From: Candidatus Zixiibacteriota bacterium
GTDB taxonomy: Bacteria > RBG-13-66-14 > B26-G2 > WVWN01
Direction of reading: 5' to 3'
Length of the DNA stretch: 64,000 nucleotides
Assembly: GCA_050117845.1 (NCBI GenBank)
Contig: JASFLY010000003.1
Coordinates: forward strand, 64,001-128,000
Notes under the pieces: model-generated
Database searches by the model: none
Told to the model about the DNA's origin: nothing
What the model saw: the letters and a program-made list of their open reading frames with translations, nothing else
Shown here: positions 1 through 8,866 of the stretch, one piece after another
Layout of the letters: every line of letters begins with the position of its first letter
Numbering within the stretch: the stretch's first letter is position 1
Position numbers and translations under genes: made by a program

Positions 1-692
1 GGGACCTGGGCCGATTTGCCGACGGCGCCCGCGAAGATGAGGAGCGCGATGGCCGTTATCATCGCCGGGGCCAAGGCGCCGTGTTCCACCAGGCCGAAGA
101 CGCTCGCGAAGTGGAATGTCCCCGTAACCGCGAACATCAGCAGTATGCCGATAAGGAGGCCCACGTCGCCGAGACGCGTGGTGATGAAGGCCTTCATGCC
201 GGCGTTGGCCGCCTCCGGCTTTTCGAACCAGAAGCCGATGAGGAGATAGGAGGTAAGGCCGACCAGTTCCCAGAAGATGAACGCCTGGAGGTAGTTGTTC
301 GCGAGGACCAGGCCCAGCATCGCCATCGAGAAGAGGTTGAGGTAGGAGAAGTAGCGGCCGTAGAGCTTGTCGCCCTTCATGTATCCGGTCGAGTAAATGT
401 GGACCATGAAGGACACGGTGGCGACGACGACCGCCATGATGCCGCCGAAGCGGTCCAACTGGTAACCGAAGGCCAACGTCACGTCGCCGAGCTGGAGCCA
501 CGTGAACGAGAAGTCGCCGCCCTCGCCCAACAGAATACGGACGAGCAGCGTCACGGCCGCGGCGAACGATACTCCCAGCGCCGCAATGGGCGCGATGGCC
601 GCTTTCGGTTCGCCGAGTCGCTTGCCCCAGAACACGGCGATGAGGAACCCGACGAGCGGGGCGAAGTTAACTATTAATGCCAGCCAGACCAT
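1..692 (-). CDS. nuoL: NADH-quinone oxidoreductase subunit L, 5' part (runs off the window edge)
   Basis: Not in the ORF track. Manual translation from the ATG at 692 gives MVWLALIVNFAPLVGFLIA...VHIYSTGYM...FIFWELVGLTSYLLIGFW...AGMKAFITTRLGD...GKSAQVP, which are NuoL/ND5 motifs. It follows nuoK. Confidence 0.95.
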   Translation of the reverse strand, partial: MVWLALIVNFAPLVGFLIAVFWGKRLGEPKAAIAPIAALGVSFAAAVTLLVRILLGEGGDFSFTWLQLGDVTLAFGYQLDRFGGIMAVVVATVSFMVHIYSTGYMKGDKLYGRYFSYLNLFSMAMLGLVLANNYLQAFIFWELVGLTSYLLIGFWFEKPEAANAGMKAFITTRLGDVGLLIGILLMFAVTGTFHFASVFGLVEHGALAPAMITAIALLIFAGAVGKSAQV

Positions 693-695
693 ATC

Positions 696-1304
696 TTATT
701 CGTTCTCCAGGGGGGCCTCGGCCCCGCCTTCGGGGGTATTGTTATCCTGTCCCGGATGGATTCTTAAAGACCGTTCAAACGACCTTATCGGTTCCGAGGT
801 ATCGCCCTCCGGCGCGATTGGGCGGAAAACCTCGACCCGATATAGCGTTCCGTTAACCGTCAAGAATAACGCGGTTACCCGGCGCGGCTCCTCCCCCTTC
901 GTTATATAATCCACTCGAACGCCGTCCTGAGCGCCTATCCGGGCGAGGTCTTCTTCGGTTAAAAGCCCGGCCCGGGCCTCGAACGCTTTATCTATCCCTC
1001 GGCGCCGCTGGTACAGGCCGGCCGCTATAACCGGCGTCTCGTACGTCACGTTTCGGGCGGTGATTAAGAACTCCAGCCCCGCGTAAGGCCCGTCGGCCCA
1101 AAATAAACGGAGAACGCGGGTCGTACTACCCGGCGCCGGAGCCGGCGTTTCCTCTTCGTAACCGGCCGGCACGTCGAACGAAACGCCCAGATCGTCGCTT
1201 CGGTACGGTGGGGTTTGTTCCACGGCGTACGCCGGGGCGCAAGGCGCCGTAACCGCACACAAAGCCGCGGCCGCCGCGGCCGTCTTTATCCACCCACCCG
1301 TCAA
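696..1304 (-). CDS. Hypothetical exported protein (possibly PsbP/DcrB-like fold)
   Basis: 202-aa ORF with an Ala-rich signal peptide ending APAYA. The pattern GVSFDVPAGYEE is reminiscent of PsbP-like proteins. Only 3-nt gaps separate it from nuoK and nuoL. Confidence 0.7.
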   Translation of the reverse strand: MTGGWIKTAAAAAALCAVTAPCAPAYAVEQTPPYRSDDLGVSFDVPAGYEEETPAPAPGSTTRVLRLFWADGPYAGLEFLITARNVTYETPVIAAGLYQRRRGIDKAFEARAGLLTEEDLARIGAQDGVRVDYITKGEEPRRVTALFLTVNGTLYRVEVFRPIAPEGDTSEPIRSFERSLRIHPGQDNNTPEGGAEAPLENE

Positions 1305-1307
1305 ACC

Positions 1308-1619
1308 TTAACCGCGTAACTCGCGGAGGTCGTCAATGGCGACGGTCCCCCGCGACCGGTATATTGCCAATATCAACGCCAGCCCCACGACCGCCTCGGC
1401 CGCGGCGACGGTAATAACGAAAATCGAGAACACCTGGCCGTCCAGCATCGCCGGCCCGTAAATCCGGTCGAACGTAACCAGCGCCACGTTAACGGCGTTC
1501 AGCATCAGCTCGATGCCCATGAGTATGCCGATGGCGTTGCGCCGGGTCAGGGCGACCAGCAGGCCGATGCCGAAGAGGAGCAGCGAAACACCCAGGAAAT
1601 GAAGCGGCGTGATAGCCAT
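1308..1619 (-). CDS. nuoK: NADH-quinone oxidoreductase subunit K
   Basis: Motifs RRNAIGILMGIELMLNAVN and VAAAEAVVGLAL; three TM helices. Confidence 0.97.
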   Translation of the reverse strand: MAITPLHFLGVSLLLFGIGLLVALTRRNAIGILMGIELMLNAVNVALVTFDRIYGPAMLDGQVFSIFVITVAAAEAVVGLALILAIYRSRGTVAIDDLRELRG

Positions 1620-2128
1620 TATTTCCGCTCCTCCTTACGGGCCAGGACGATAGCGCCGATGAGAGCGCCCAGAAGCAAGAGAGAGATTACCTCGAAAGGC
1701 AACAGGTACGTGGAGAGGAGGGCCGAGGCCAACGCCTCGATGGCCCCCTCGCCGTCCGGTACGGCCGCCAACGGCGGCAGGTCCACCTTCCACATAACCA
1801 GGGCCGACGCGGCCGCGAGCGCCAGGAGGACCGGTATCGCGGGCAAAATCGCCCGGGTGTACTGCTTGACCCGGCGGGAAGTTATCCGCTGGGTCAACAT
1901 TACGGCGAAAAGTATCAGCACGGCGATGGCGCCCACGTAAATCAGAACCTGGACGCCCGCCAGGAACTCCGCCCCCAAAAGGACGAAGAGCGAGGCCACC
2001 GCGCACAGCGCCAGTATCAAACTCAGGCCGGCGTGGAAAAGGTTGCGCAGGAACAGCACGCCCAGCGCGCTCAGGAGCGCGACGCCCGCGACGCCGTAAA
2101 AAGCTATTATATAAATCCAATCGGTCAT
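1619..2128 (-). CDS. nuoJ: NADH-quinone oxidoreductase subunit J
   Basis: Motifs AEFLAGVQVLIYVGAIAVLILFAVML and YLLPFEVISLLLLGALIGAIVLA. Confidence 0.97.
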   Translation of the reverse strand: MTDWIYIIAFYGVAGVALLSALGVLFLRNLFHAGLSLILALCAVASLFVLLGAEFLAGVQVLIYVGAIAVLILFAVMLTQRITSRRVKQYTRAILPAIPVLLALAAASALVMWKVDLPPLAAVPDGEGAIEALASALLSTYLLPFEVISLLLLGALIGAIVLARKEERK

Positions 2129-2149
2129 TTTCTCTATACCCGGGCGGTT

Positions 2150-2680
2150 TTAAACGTCGTCGGGTTCCATCCATTCCACTACGTAACGGTTAACTTCGGC
2201 GTTTTCGGCTCGATTGTCCAGGACCGTAACTCGCACGTTTAAGGCCCCGAGACCCGTGAAGCCCGCCGTTAAAACGCCCCGAATGAATTCGACGCTTCTA
2301 ATAATCGAGGAATCTTTAATAACCAAACGGCCCGGCCTGTATTCTTCGACGACGTATTCCCCGGTCCCCGGTCCCCGCACGAAATGGGGATATACGCTCG
2401 CTACCTTCTCGGCGAAAGCCCCCGTCGACGTTATACCCAATTCCCTAAGTTCGGACGTTACTACGTTGGTCAACTCGTTGCCCATAATAACCAACGCCTG
2501 CGGCGATATATGTTCGAGTAAGTATTCTAACGTCGCGACGTACGGCTCCCCTTCATACCACCCGTTCGGGTCGAACTCCCTTTCGAAATATCCCCCCAGG
2601 TCGGGCCTTACGATATCCGCGATATGGGGAAATACGTTTTTTATACCCTGGTATAAAGCGCCCCGGACTTCGATTGCCAT
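2150..2680 (-). CDS. H-NOX/V4R-like small-ligand-binding domain protein (array copy D)
   Basis: MAIEVRG...DPNGWY...GNEL...YPHFVRGPGTGEY...FIRGVL...RYVVEW; paralogous to its three neighbours. Start trimmed to the ATG at 2680 (or ATC at 2674). The fold call is inferred from the motif pattern. Confidence 0.7.
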   Translation of the reverse strand: MAIEVRGALYQGIKNVFPHIADIVRPDLGGYFEREFDPNGWYEGEPYVATLEYLLEHISPQALVIMGNELTNVVTSELRELGITSTGAFAEKVASVYPHFVRGPGTGEYVVEEYRPGRLVIKDSSIIRSVEFIRGVLTAGFTGLGALNVRVTVLDNRAENAEVNRYVVEWMEPDDV

Positions 2681-2823
2681 CCTCCTCGCTGCGTGTTTAC
2701 CGTAACCGTCCCCCCGCCGGAACCGGCCCACGCCGACGTACGCCCGGGCTATTAAAATATCACTTGTTACACAATACTACCTCCCGCCTCTATCCGCGCG
2801 TTACCGTAAAAATCTCGACGCTA

Positions 2824-3348
2824 TTAATCGTCGTCGGTTTCCAGCCACTCCACGAGGTACCTATTCGCTTCCGCACCCGAAGCCCGGTTGTCCAGCAGGA
2901 TAACCCGCACGTTCAAAGCCCCGAAAACGGAAAAAGTCGCCGCCAGAACTCCCCTCGTAAATTCGGCGTTCGAAATAATCGAAGACTCCCTCACCACCAT
3001 ACGGCCCGGACGATATTCCTCAACGAGCCATTCACCTGTTTCGGGGCCCCTTACGAATCGGGGATAGACCTGACCTACTTTTTCCGCAAACGTTCTGATC
3101 GACGTTATCCCGAGGTGCTTGAGTTCCTCGGCTATTATGCTAGTTAATTCCTTCCCCAAAATAACTATCGCTTGAGGCGATATGCGTTAGTATAAATACT
3201 CCAACGCCGCTATGTAATACTCCCCTTCATACCACGCGGCCGGGTTGATTTCACCCTCGAAATGTTTTCCCAACTCGGGCGGTAAAATTTCCGCGATATC
3301 GGGAAAAACATTCTTCACACTCTGTAGCAAAACCCCCAAGACCTCGAT
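2824..3348 (-). pseudogene. H-NOX/V4R-like paralogue (copy C) with an internal nonsense codon
   Basis: The frame reads IEVLGVLLQSVKNVFPDIAEILPPELGKHFEGEINPAAWYEGEYYIAALEYLY*RISPQAIVILGKEL...; in-frame TAA at 3189-3187 where paralogues have E or K. No ATG at the homologous start. Confidence 0.75.
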
Positions 3349-3499
3349 AGCGGGCCACCTCGCTGTTCGTTTACTTCTTCATCCGCTCCAGCAAGTATCG
3401 GCATGTCGCACCGGCTCAAGCCCAGCCGTAACACCCCCTATACGCTTCCCTATCACCCCCCGTGTTTCCCGCCGCCGATTCCGCCCCCACCGAACGCTT

Positions 3500-4024
3500 T
3501 TACTTCCCGTCGGCCTCGATCCATTCCACCAGCAACCGGTTATACTCCGCGCCCTTCGCCCTTTCGTTAAGAACCGTGATCCGGATATTTACGGCGCCGA
3601 ACACGTTAAACAAAGCTTTTAATACACCCAGTACGAAACTAATATTCCAGACTATTCCGGTTTCCCTTACTACCATTCTTCCGGGACGGTACTCCTCCGG
3701 AAACCACCCGCCGGCCCCCGGGCCCCGTACGAATTGGGGATAAAGTTCGGCCACTTTCTCCGCGAAGTCCCGCGTCGTTTTAATCCCCGTCGCCCACATC
3801 ATCGCCTTCCCCACTTCGGTCAACTCGTTCCCCAACAACACCATTGCCTGCGGCGAAATGTGTTCCAGCAAGTATTCCACCGCCGCTACGTACGGTTCAC
3901 CCTCATACCACGCGGCCGGGTCGATTTCTCTTTCGAAGTATTCCCCGAGTTCCGGCGGCACTATTTCCGCGATATGAGGGAATACGTTCTTTATTGCCTG
4001 GTAGAATACGCCCCGTACTTCGAT
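3500..4024 (-). CDS. H-NOX/V4R-like paralogue (copy B); start uncertain
   Basis: ORF 3500..3961 extends in frame upstream to IEVRGVFYQAIKNVFPHIAEIV, homologous to the copy D N-terminus. There is no ATG, GTG or TTG at that position. Confidence 0.7.
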   Translation of the reverse strand: MEVRGVFYQAIKNVFPHIAEIVPPELGEYFEREIDPAAWYEGEPYVAAVEYLLEHISPQAMVLLGNELTEVGKAMMWATGIKTTRDFAEKVAELYPQFVRGPGAGGWFPEEYRPGRMVVRETGIVWNISFVLGVLKALFNVFGAVNIRITVLNERAKGAEYNRLLVEWIEADGK

Positions 4025-4045
4025 TTCTGCCCCCTTTCGCGTGCG

Positions 4046-4570
4046 CTACGCCATTATCCACTCCATCAGGTAACGGTCGGCCCCGCCTTCCCCGCTCCGC
4101 GTATCGATCATTTCGACGCGGATGTTATAAGCTCCCGTAGATTCCAAAGCCCGCCGCACTATTCCGACGCAAATATCGGGCTGTGCGAAGTCGCCGTCGT
4201 AACGCAATATCGACCGGCCTTCGCGGTATTCCTCCAACGTCCAGCCGCCGCCCTCTCCCCTAACGAATTCGCGGTATACGTCGTTAACCTTTTCCATGAA
4301 GTTACGCGGCGTATTAATCCCCAACTCCCGCAACTGCGACTCGAAAAGGTCGATAAGTCTCGTGCCCACCAGGGCGTTAACGGTCGGGGACATGTGCTTA
4401 ATTAAATACTCCCGCGCTCGCAGGTACAAGTCCGCCGAATACCAACCGTCGGCCTTTACTTCCCGGAACAACTTGGCGAGCTCCGGGTCGACGACGTCCC
4501 CTAGATGCGGGAATACCCCTTTCACCATAAGGTATAAGACTCCGCGGACTTCGATTTTGGGCGTCATCAT
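4046..4570 (-). CDS. H-NOX/V4R-like paralogue (copy A, most divergent)
   Basis: MMTPKIEVRGVLY...ADGWY...YREFVRGEGGGW...RYLMEW; GGGGAG SD 8 nt upstream of the ATG. Confidence 0.75.
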   Translation of the reverse strand: MMTPKIEVRGVLYLMVKGVFPHLGDVVDPELAKLFREVKADGWYSADLYLRAREYLIKHMSPTVNALVGTRLIDLFESQLRELGINTPRNFMEKVNDVYREFVRGEGGGWTLEEYREGRSILRYDGDFAQPDICVGIVRRALESTGAYNIRVEMIDTRSGEGGADRYLMEWIMA

Positions 4571-4664
4571 CGCGATAGCTCCCCAGGTCGATAGTACCGA
4601 CGCACGATACCAGGCCGCCTCGCCTCTCCGCTCCTATTCCCGCTCCGGCGTCCCCCCTTACCCC

Positions 4665-5126
4665 CTATTTCTTAAACTCCGGCTCGAGCTGCCGGGATAA
4701 CAGCTTCGGTATATCGTACACCAATTCGCGTTTATCGTAAACCGATATCTCGTATTCCGGAATCATCGCCAGCGCCTCGAAGTTGCACACCTCGACGCAG
4801 AGGCCGCAATAGATGCACAGGCCGAGGTCGACGACGTAATCGTCGACGATGAAGCCCTTGACGCCTTCTTCCTTGTGGCGGCGGAGCGTGATGCACGCGG
4901 CGGGACAAACCCGCAGACACTGGCCGCACGCCGTACACTTGTGGCCGCCGTCGTCGCCGGGCACCATCGCGAGGCGTCCCCGGAACCGCGGCCACTGCTC
5001 GAAGCGCTTCTTCGGATACTGAATAGTAACCGAACGCCGGAGCATGTGTTTGGTCGTCGTGACCATGCCGATAAAGAGCCACCACGTACCTTTGATTACC
5101 CGACCTATGGCGCGAAAAATAATCAT
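4665..5126 (-). CDS. nuoI: NADH-quinone oxidoreductase subunit I
   Basis: VTIQYP...RFRG plus two 4Fe-4S motifs, CTACGQCLRVCP and CIYCGLCVEVC. Confidence 0.96.
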   Translation of the reverse strand: MIIFRAIGRVIKGTWWLFIGMVTTTKHMLRRSVTIQYPKKRFEQWPRFRGRLAMVPGDDGGHKCTACGQCLRVCPAACITLRRHKEEGVKGFIVDDYVVDLGLCIYCGLCVEVCNFEALAMIPEYEISVYDKRELVYDIPKLLSRQLEPEFKK

Positions 5127-5130
5127 ACGT

Positions 5131-6159
5131 CTACATGAGGACTATTATTAAGCCCGTTATTATCAAATTCAGGAACGCGAGCGGAAGCAGGAACTTCCAC
5201 GCGAACGACATCAACTGGTCCACTCGAATCCGGGGATACGTCCACCGGAAGAACATAAGCAGAAGGACGATGGCGAACGACTTGAGCATGAACCAAACTT
5301 CGCCCGGCAATACCGGCCCGTGCCACCCGCCCAGGAACAGCGTCGTCGCGATGGCCGCGATGAGGAACATATTGGCGAACTCGGCGAGGAAGAACATCGC
5401 GAACTTCATGCCCGAGTATTCCAGGTTGAAGCCGGCGATAATCTCCTGCTCCGCTTCCGGGATGTCGAACGGCGTCCGGTTCACCTCCGCCGTGGCCGCG
5501 ATGACGTAAATAACGAACGCCAGCGGCTGATAGACGATAAACCATATCGACTTCTGCGCGTCGACGATGGCGCCCATCTTCATCGTCCCGGCGAGCATTA
5601 TGACGCCCAGCACCGAAAGCACCAGCGGCACCTCGTACGATACGAGCTGGGCCGCGGAGCGGAAGCCGCCGATTATCGAATACTTCGAGCCGGACGCCCA
5701 TCCCCCGCAGATGATGGCGATGACGTTGATGGTCGTAATCGCAAAGAGGAAAAGGACGCCGATATTGAGGTCGCGAATAATGGCGCCGTCGCCGAAGGGA
5801 ATGACGACGAAAGCGACGACGGTGGGCGCGAAGGCCAGGAACGGGGCGATGTTGAATACCGGCCTGTCGCAATCGCGGGGCGTGGTGTCCTCTTTCTGGA
5901 CCAGCTTCAGCGCGTCCGCGACGGTCTGGATGGAGCCGTGCCAGCCCGTGCGCATGGGCCCCAGCCGCTGTTGGATGTGGGCCGAGACCTTTCGGGTGAG
6001 CCAGATGAGGAAGAGGACGAGGAGCGCGATGAAGGCCGCAATCAGAATGGCGTGCACGACCATCTGGGCCGCCGGCACGAACCAGCCCGGCAGGCCGTAA
6101 CGGGTTACGACGCCGATCCACCATTCGTTGAGCCAGGATAGTATGGGGTGAATTATCAT
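5131..6159 (-). CDS. nuoH: NADH-quinone oxidoreductase subunit H
   Basis: Motifs QQRLGP, ADALKLVQKE, AAQLVSYEVP, AEVNRTPFDIPEAEQE and EYSGMKFAMFFLAEF. Confidence 0.98.
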   Translation of the reverse strand: MIIHPILSWLNEWWIGVVTRYGLPGWFVPAAQMVVHAILIAAFIALLVLFLIWLTRKVSAHIQQRLGPMRTGWHGSIQTVADALKLVQKEDTTPRDCDRPVFNIAPFLAFAPTVVAFVVIPFGDGAIIRDLNIGVLFLFAITTINVIAIICGGWASGSKYSIIGGFRSAAQLVSYEVPLVLSVLGVIMLAGTMKMGAIVDAQKSIWFIVYQPLAFVIYVIAATAEVNRTPFDIPEAEQEIIAGFNLEYSGMKFAMFFLAEFANMFLIAAIATTLFLGGWHGPVLPGEVWFMLKSFAIVLLLMFFRWTYPRIRVDQLMSFAWKFLLPLAFLNLIITGLIIVLM

Positions 6160-6176
6160 AACGTACGCGCCTGCGC

Positions 6177-7292
6177 CTAGCGGTCCACGTCCGGCAGAAT
6201 AACGTCCAGCGAGCCGAAGATGGGCACGATGTCGGCCAGGTAAACGCCCCGCAACAGTTCCGCGATCATCGAGAGGTTGTTGAACGACGGCGTCCGGAGC
6301 TTGTAACGGTACGGCTTATTTTCGCCTTCGGAAACGAGGTACAGGCCGTAGTCGCCGCGGGGCGACTCGACGCGGACGTAAACCTCGCCCGCCGGGACCT
6401 TGGGGAACTTCGATATCTTCTCGGCCTGAACCGGCCCTTCCGGCAGGCCCTCCATACATCGTCTTATAAGGTCGTGCGAGGCGCGCATCTCGAGAATGCG
6501 GGCCTGGTAGCGGTCGTAGCAGTCGCCGTTCTTCAAAACTACCGGCTTGTAGCCGACCTCGCCGTACGCCTCGTACGGGAGATTGGACCGCACGTCGAAG
6601 TCCACGCCGGAGGCCCGGAGGTTCGGGCCGGTCCAGCCGTAGTTGACGGCCCGGGCGCCTTCCACCGTGCCGATGTTCTTGGTCCGGGCCAGGAATATCT
6701 CGTTCTCGTTGAGGATGCGGTCGTAGTCGTCCAGCCGGCCGGGGAACACCTTGATGAACTCCTCCACCATGGTGAAGAAGGAATCCGGCAGGTCCTCCGC
6801 GACGCCGCCGAACCGGGCGTAGTTGAAGGTCATCCGCTGACCGGTCGTCATCTCCAACAGGTCCATCGCCAGCTCGCGCTCGCGGAAGCCGTAGAGGAAG
6901 GGCGTCACGGCGCCCAGGTCGAGCGCGAAGACGCCGAAGTAAATGGCGTGGGAGGCTATTCGGCACAGCTCCATCGTTATGGTCCGGATGTACTGCGCCC
7001 GCCGCGGCACCTCTATCTCCATCAGCCGCTCGACCGCCTGGCAATGGGCGACGCCGCAGAAGATGGAACTTAAGTAGTCAATGCGGTCCGCCATCGGCAG
7101 GAACTGGATGTAGAGGCGGTTCTCCGCCATCTTCTCCATTGAACGATGGAGGAAACCGATGTGCGGCTCGCAGTCGACGACGCGCTCGCCGTCCATCGTG
7201 AGGACCATGCGGAAGACGCCGTGCGTCGACGGGTGCTGCGGGCCGACGTTGACCTCGAACTCTTCCGTGGTGTATATCGTATCGGTGGCCAT
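6177..7292 (-). CDS. nuoD: NADH-quinone oxidoreductase subunit D
   Basis: NVGPQHPSTHGVFR, GFLHRSMEK, ESPRG and C-terminal SLDVILPDVDR. No Ni-binding CxxC motifs. Confidence 0.97.
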   Translation of the reverse strand: MATDTIYTTEEFEVNVGPQHPSTHGVFRMVLTMDGERVVDCEPHIGFLHRSMEKMAENRLYIQFLPMADRIDYLSSIFCGVAHCQAVERLMEIEVPRRAQYIRTITMELCRIASHAIYFGVFALDLGAVTPFLYGFRERELAMDLLEMTTGQRMTFNYARFGGVAEDLPDSFFTMVEEFIKVFPGRLDDYDRILNENEIFLARTKNIGTVEGARAVNYGWTGPNLRASGVDFDVRSNLPYEAYGEVGYKPVVLKNGDCYDRYQARILEMRASHDLIRRCMEGLPEGPVQAEKISKFPKVPAGEVYVRVESPRGDYGLYLVSEGENKPYRYKLRTPSFNNLSMIAELLRGVYLADIVPIFGSLDVILPDVDR

Positions 7293-7307
7293 AGAAACGG
7301 GGAGCCT

Positions 7308-7802
7308 TTACTTCCCGGGTTTAACGTCCGGGAACGGGATGTAGTCCTCGTTCGTAAAGTCCTTGAGGAGCGGGTGGCCGGTGAAGCCCTCCGGCGTCAG
7401 GAGGCGCGTCATGTTCGGGTGCCCCTCGAAGGTCACGCCGAAGAGGTCGAAAACCTCGCGCTCTAGCCAGTCCGCAGCGGCGTAAAGGTGCGTAACCGTC
7501 GGGACCGCGGCGCCGGCCCGGGGGACGTCCGCCTTCACCATGAACTCGTGCTGGTGCTCGTACGAGAAGTACTGGTACACCAGCGTTATCTTCTCGTCCT
7601 CCGGGTAGTCCACGGCGCTGATGAACATTAGGAAGTCGCACCCAAGGCCGGCTTCATCCTTGAGGAAGCGGGCCACCCGGGCGAGCGAGGCCGGCTCGAC
7701 GCGAACGAAGGGTAACATCCCCTCGCCGTTCACTTCGACGACGGCGTCGCCGAACGTCTCCTTAAGCCTCGCGGCGATTTTATCGAAAGCGGCGTTACTC
7801 AT
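7308..7802 (-). CDS. nuoC: NADH-quinone oxidoreductase subunit C
   Basis: C-terminal part of ORF 7308..8324; likely ATG at 7802 (MSNAAFDK). Motif ADWLEREVFDLFGVTFEGHPNMTRLL...GHPLLKDF. Confidence 0.95.
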   Translation of the reverse strand: MSNAAFDKIAARLKETFGDAVVEVNGEGMLPFVRVEPASLARVARFLKDEAGLGCDFLMFISAVDYPEDEKITLVYQYFSYEHQHEFMVKADVPRAGAAVPTVTHLYAAADWLEREVFDLFGVTFEGHPNMTRLLTPEGFTGHPLLKDFTNEDYIPFPDVKPGK

Positions 7803-7849
7803 ATTTAAACGGTAAAAATTACGCACACGTGAGACGGGGAAAACCCGGT

Positions 7850-8431
7850 TTACTTCTGTTCCAGCCGATCCAGAATCCAGCGGCCGTCGTTCCGGCCTTC
7901 CGGCGCTTTCTCGTCCGGGAAGTTGCCGAACGCTTCTACCAGGCTCTCGCCCTTTATTTTTTCCTGGAGCTTGAGGCAGCCGTGCATCAGCGCCTCGGGG
8001 CGCGGCGGGCAACCGGGGACGAATACGTCCACCGGGATTATCTTGTCGATACCCTTGAGGACGCTGTAAGCGTCGTAGTAGAAGCCGCCGCCCGATATGG
8101 CGCAGGAGCCCATCGCGATGACGTAACGCGGCTCGGCGAGCTGCTCCCAGAGGCGGCGGATGCGGGGGGCCATCTTGAGGGTGATGGTCCCGGAGATGAA
8201 CATCATGTCGGACTGACGGGGCGTGGCCCGGAACATCATGCCGTAGCGGTCGAGGTCGTAGCGCGAGGCCCCGGCGGCCATCATCTCGATGGCGCAACAG
8301 GCCAGGCCGAAGATCATGTACCACACGCTCGACGCCCGCGACCAGTTGAGAACCTTCTCGGTACTCATCGTCAACAAGCTGCCGCCCGGCAGCTTCTCCC
8401 AGTAGACGGGGAGCTTCGCGATTACGCCCAC
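7850..8431 (-). CDS. nuoB: NADH-quinone oxidoreductase subunit B
   Basis: [25 protein letters not shown] and [15 protein letters not shown]. Confidence 0.98.
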   Translation of the reverse strand: MGVIAKLPVYWEKLPGGSLLTMSTEKVLNWSRASSVWYMIFGLACCAIEMMAAGASRYDLDRYGMMFRATPRQSDMMFISGTITLKMAPRIRRLWEQLAEPRYVIAMGSCAISGGGFYYDAYSVLKGIDKIIPVDVFVPGCPPRPEALMHGCLKLQEKIKGESLVEAFGNFPDEKAPEGRNDGRWILDRLEQK

Positions 8432-8787
8432 TTCAGGGCCCCTTTCCGCCAGGCGTAGGCGAGCGCGATAAGCAGTATCCCGATGAATACCATCATCTCG
8501 ACGAAGGCGTACAGGCCCAACTTCTTCGCCGCTACCGCCCAGGGCAAAAGAAAAGCCGCCTCGACGTCGAAGACCACGAACGCCAGGGCGATCAGATAAA
8601 AGCGAACGTTATACTGGACCCAGGCGGTACCCCGGGTCGTTTCGCCGCACTCGTAAATATCGCGCTTCATGCGGCTCGGCCGCTGGGGGCGAATGAACCA
8701 AGCCCCAATCAGCGCGGCGGCGACAAAGAACAGGCCGAACCCTATAAAGAACGCGACGAACGCGTAATCCGTCAGCAAACGTAACAC
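8422..8787 (-). CDS. nuoA: NADH-quinone oxidoreductase subunit A
   Basis: YECGE...[24 protein letters not shown]...[10 protein letters not shown]. Confidence 0.97.
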   Translation of the reverse strand: MLRLLTDYAFVAFFIGFGLFFVAAALIGAWFIRPQRPSRMKRDIYECGETTRGTAWVQYNVRFYLIALAFVVFDVEAAFLLPWAVAAKKLGLYAFVEMMVFIGILLIALAYAWRKGALKWA

Positions 8788-8866
8788 CTCACTAGATTTT
8801 AATCACTCGATAACACAGCTCCAGGCCGAAGTCAAGCTTTTTGTGATTATCGGCACGGATTGACCC

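Noticed and set aside
3371..3412. GATCRYLLERMKK* on the minus strand resembling the paralogue C-terminus (possible fifth-copy remnant)
   Set aside because: Only about 10 residues of weak similarity, preceded by a stop; cannot be told from chance.
7803..8324. Long N-terminal extension of NuoC in the ORF track
   Set aside because: It overlaps nuoB in another frame and has Arg/Pro-rich shadow composition; the likely start is the ATG at 7802.
6177..8431. Group 4 NiFe hydrogenase instead of complex I
   Set aside because: The large subunit lacks both CxxC Ni-binding motifs, NuoB has the tandem CC motif, and nuoA and nuoJ are present.
8842..8857. CRP/Rex-like site TGTGA-N6-GCACG upstream of nuoA
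   Set aside because: Only one good half-site and no supporting second site.
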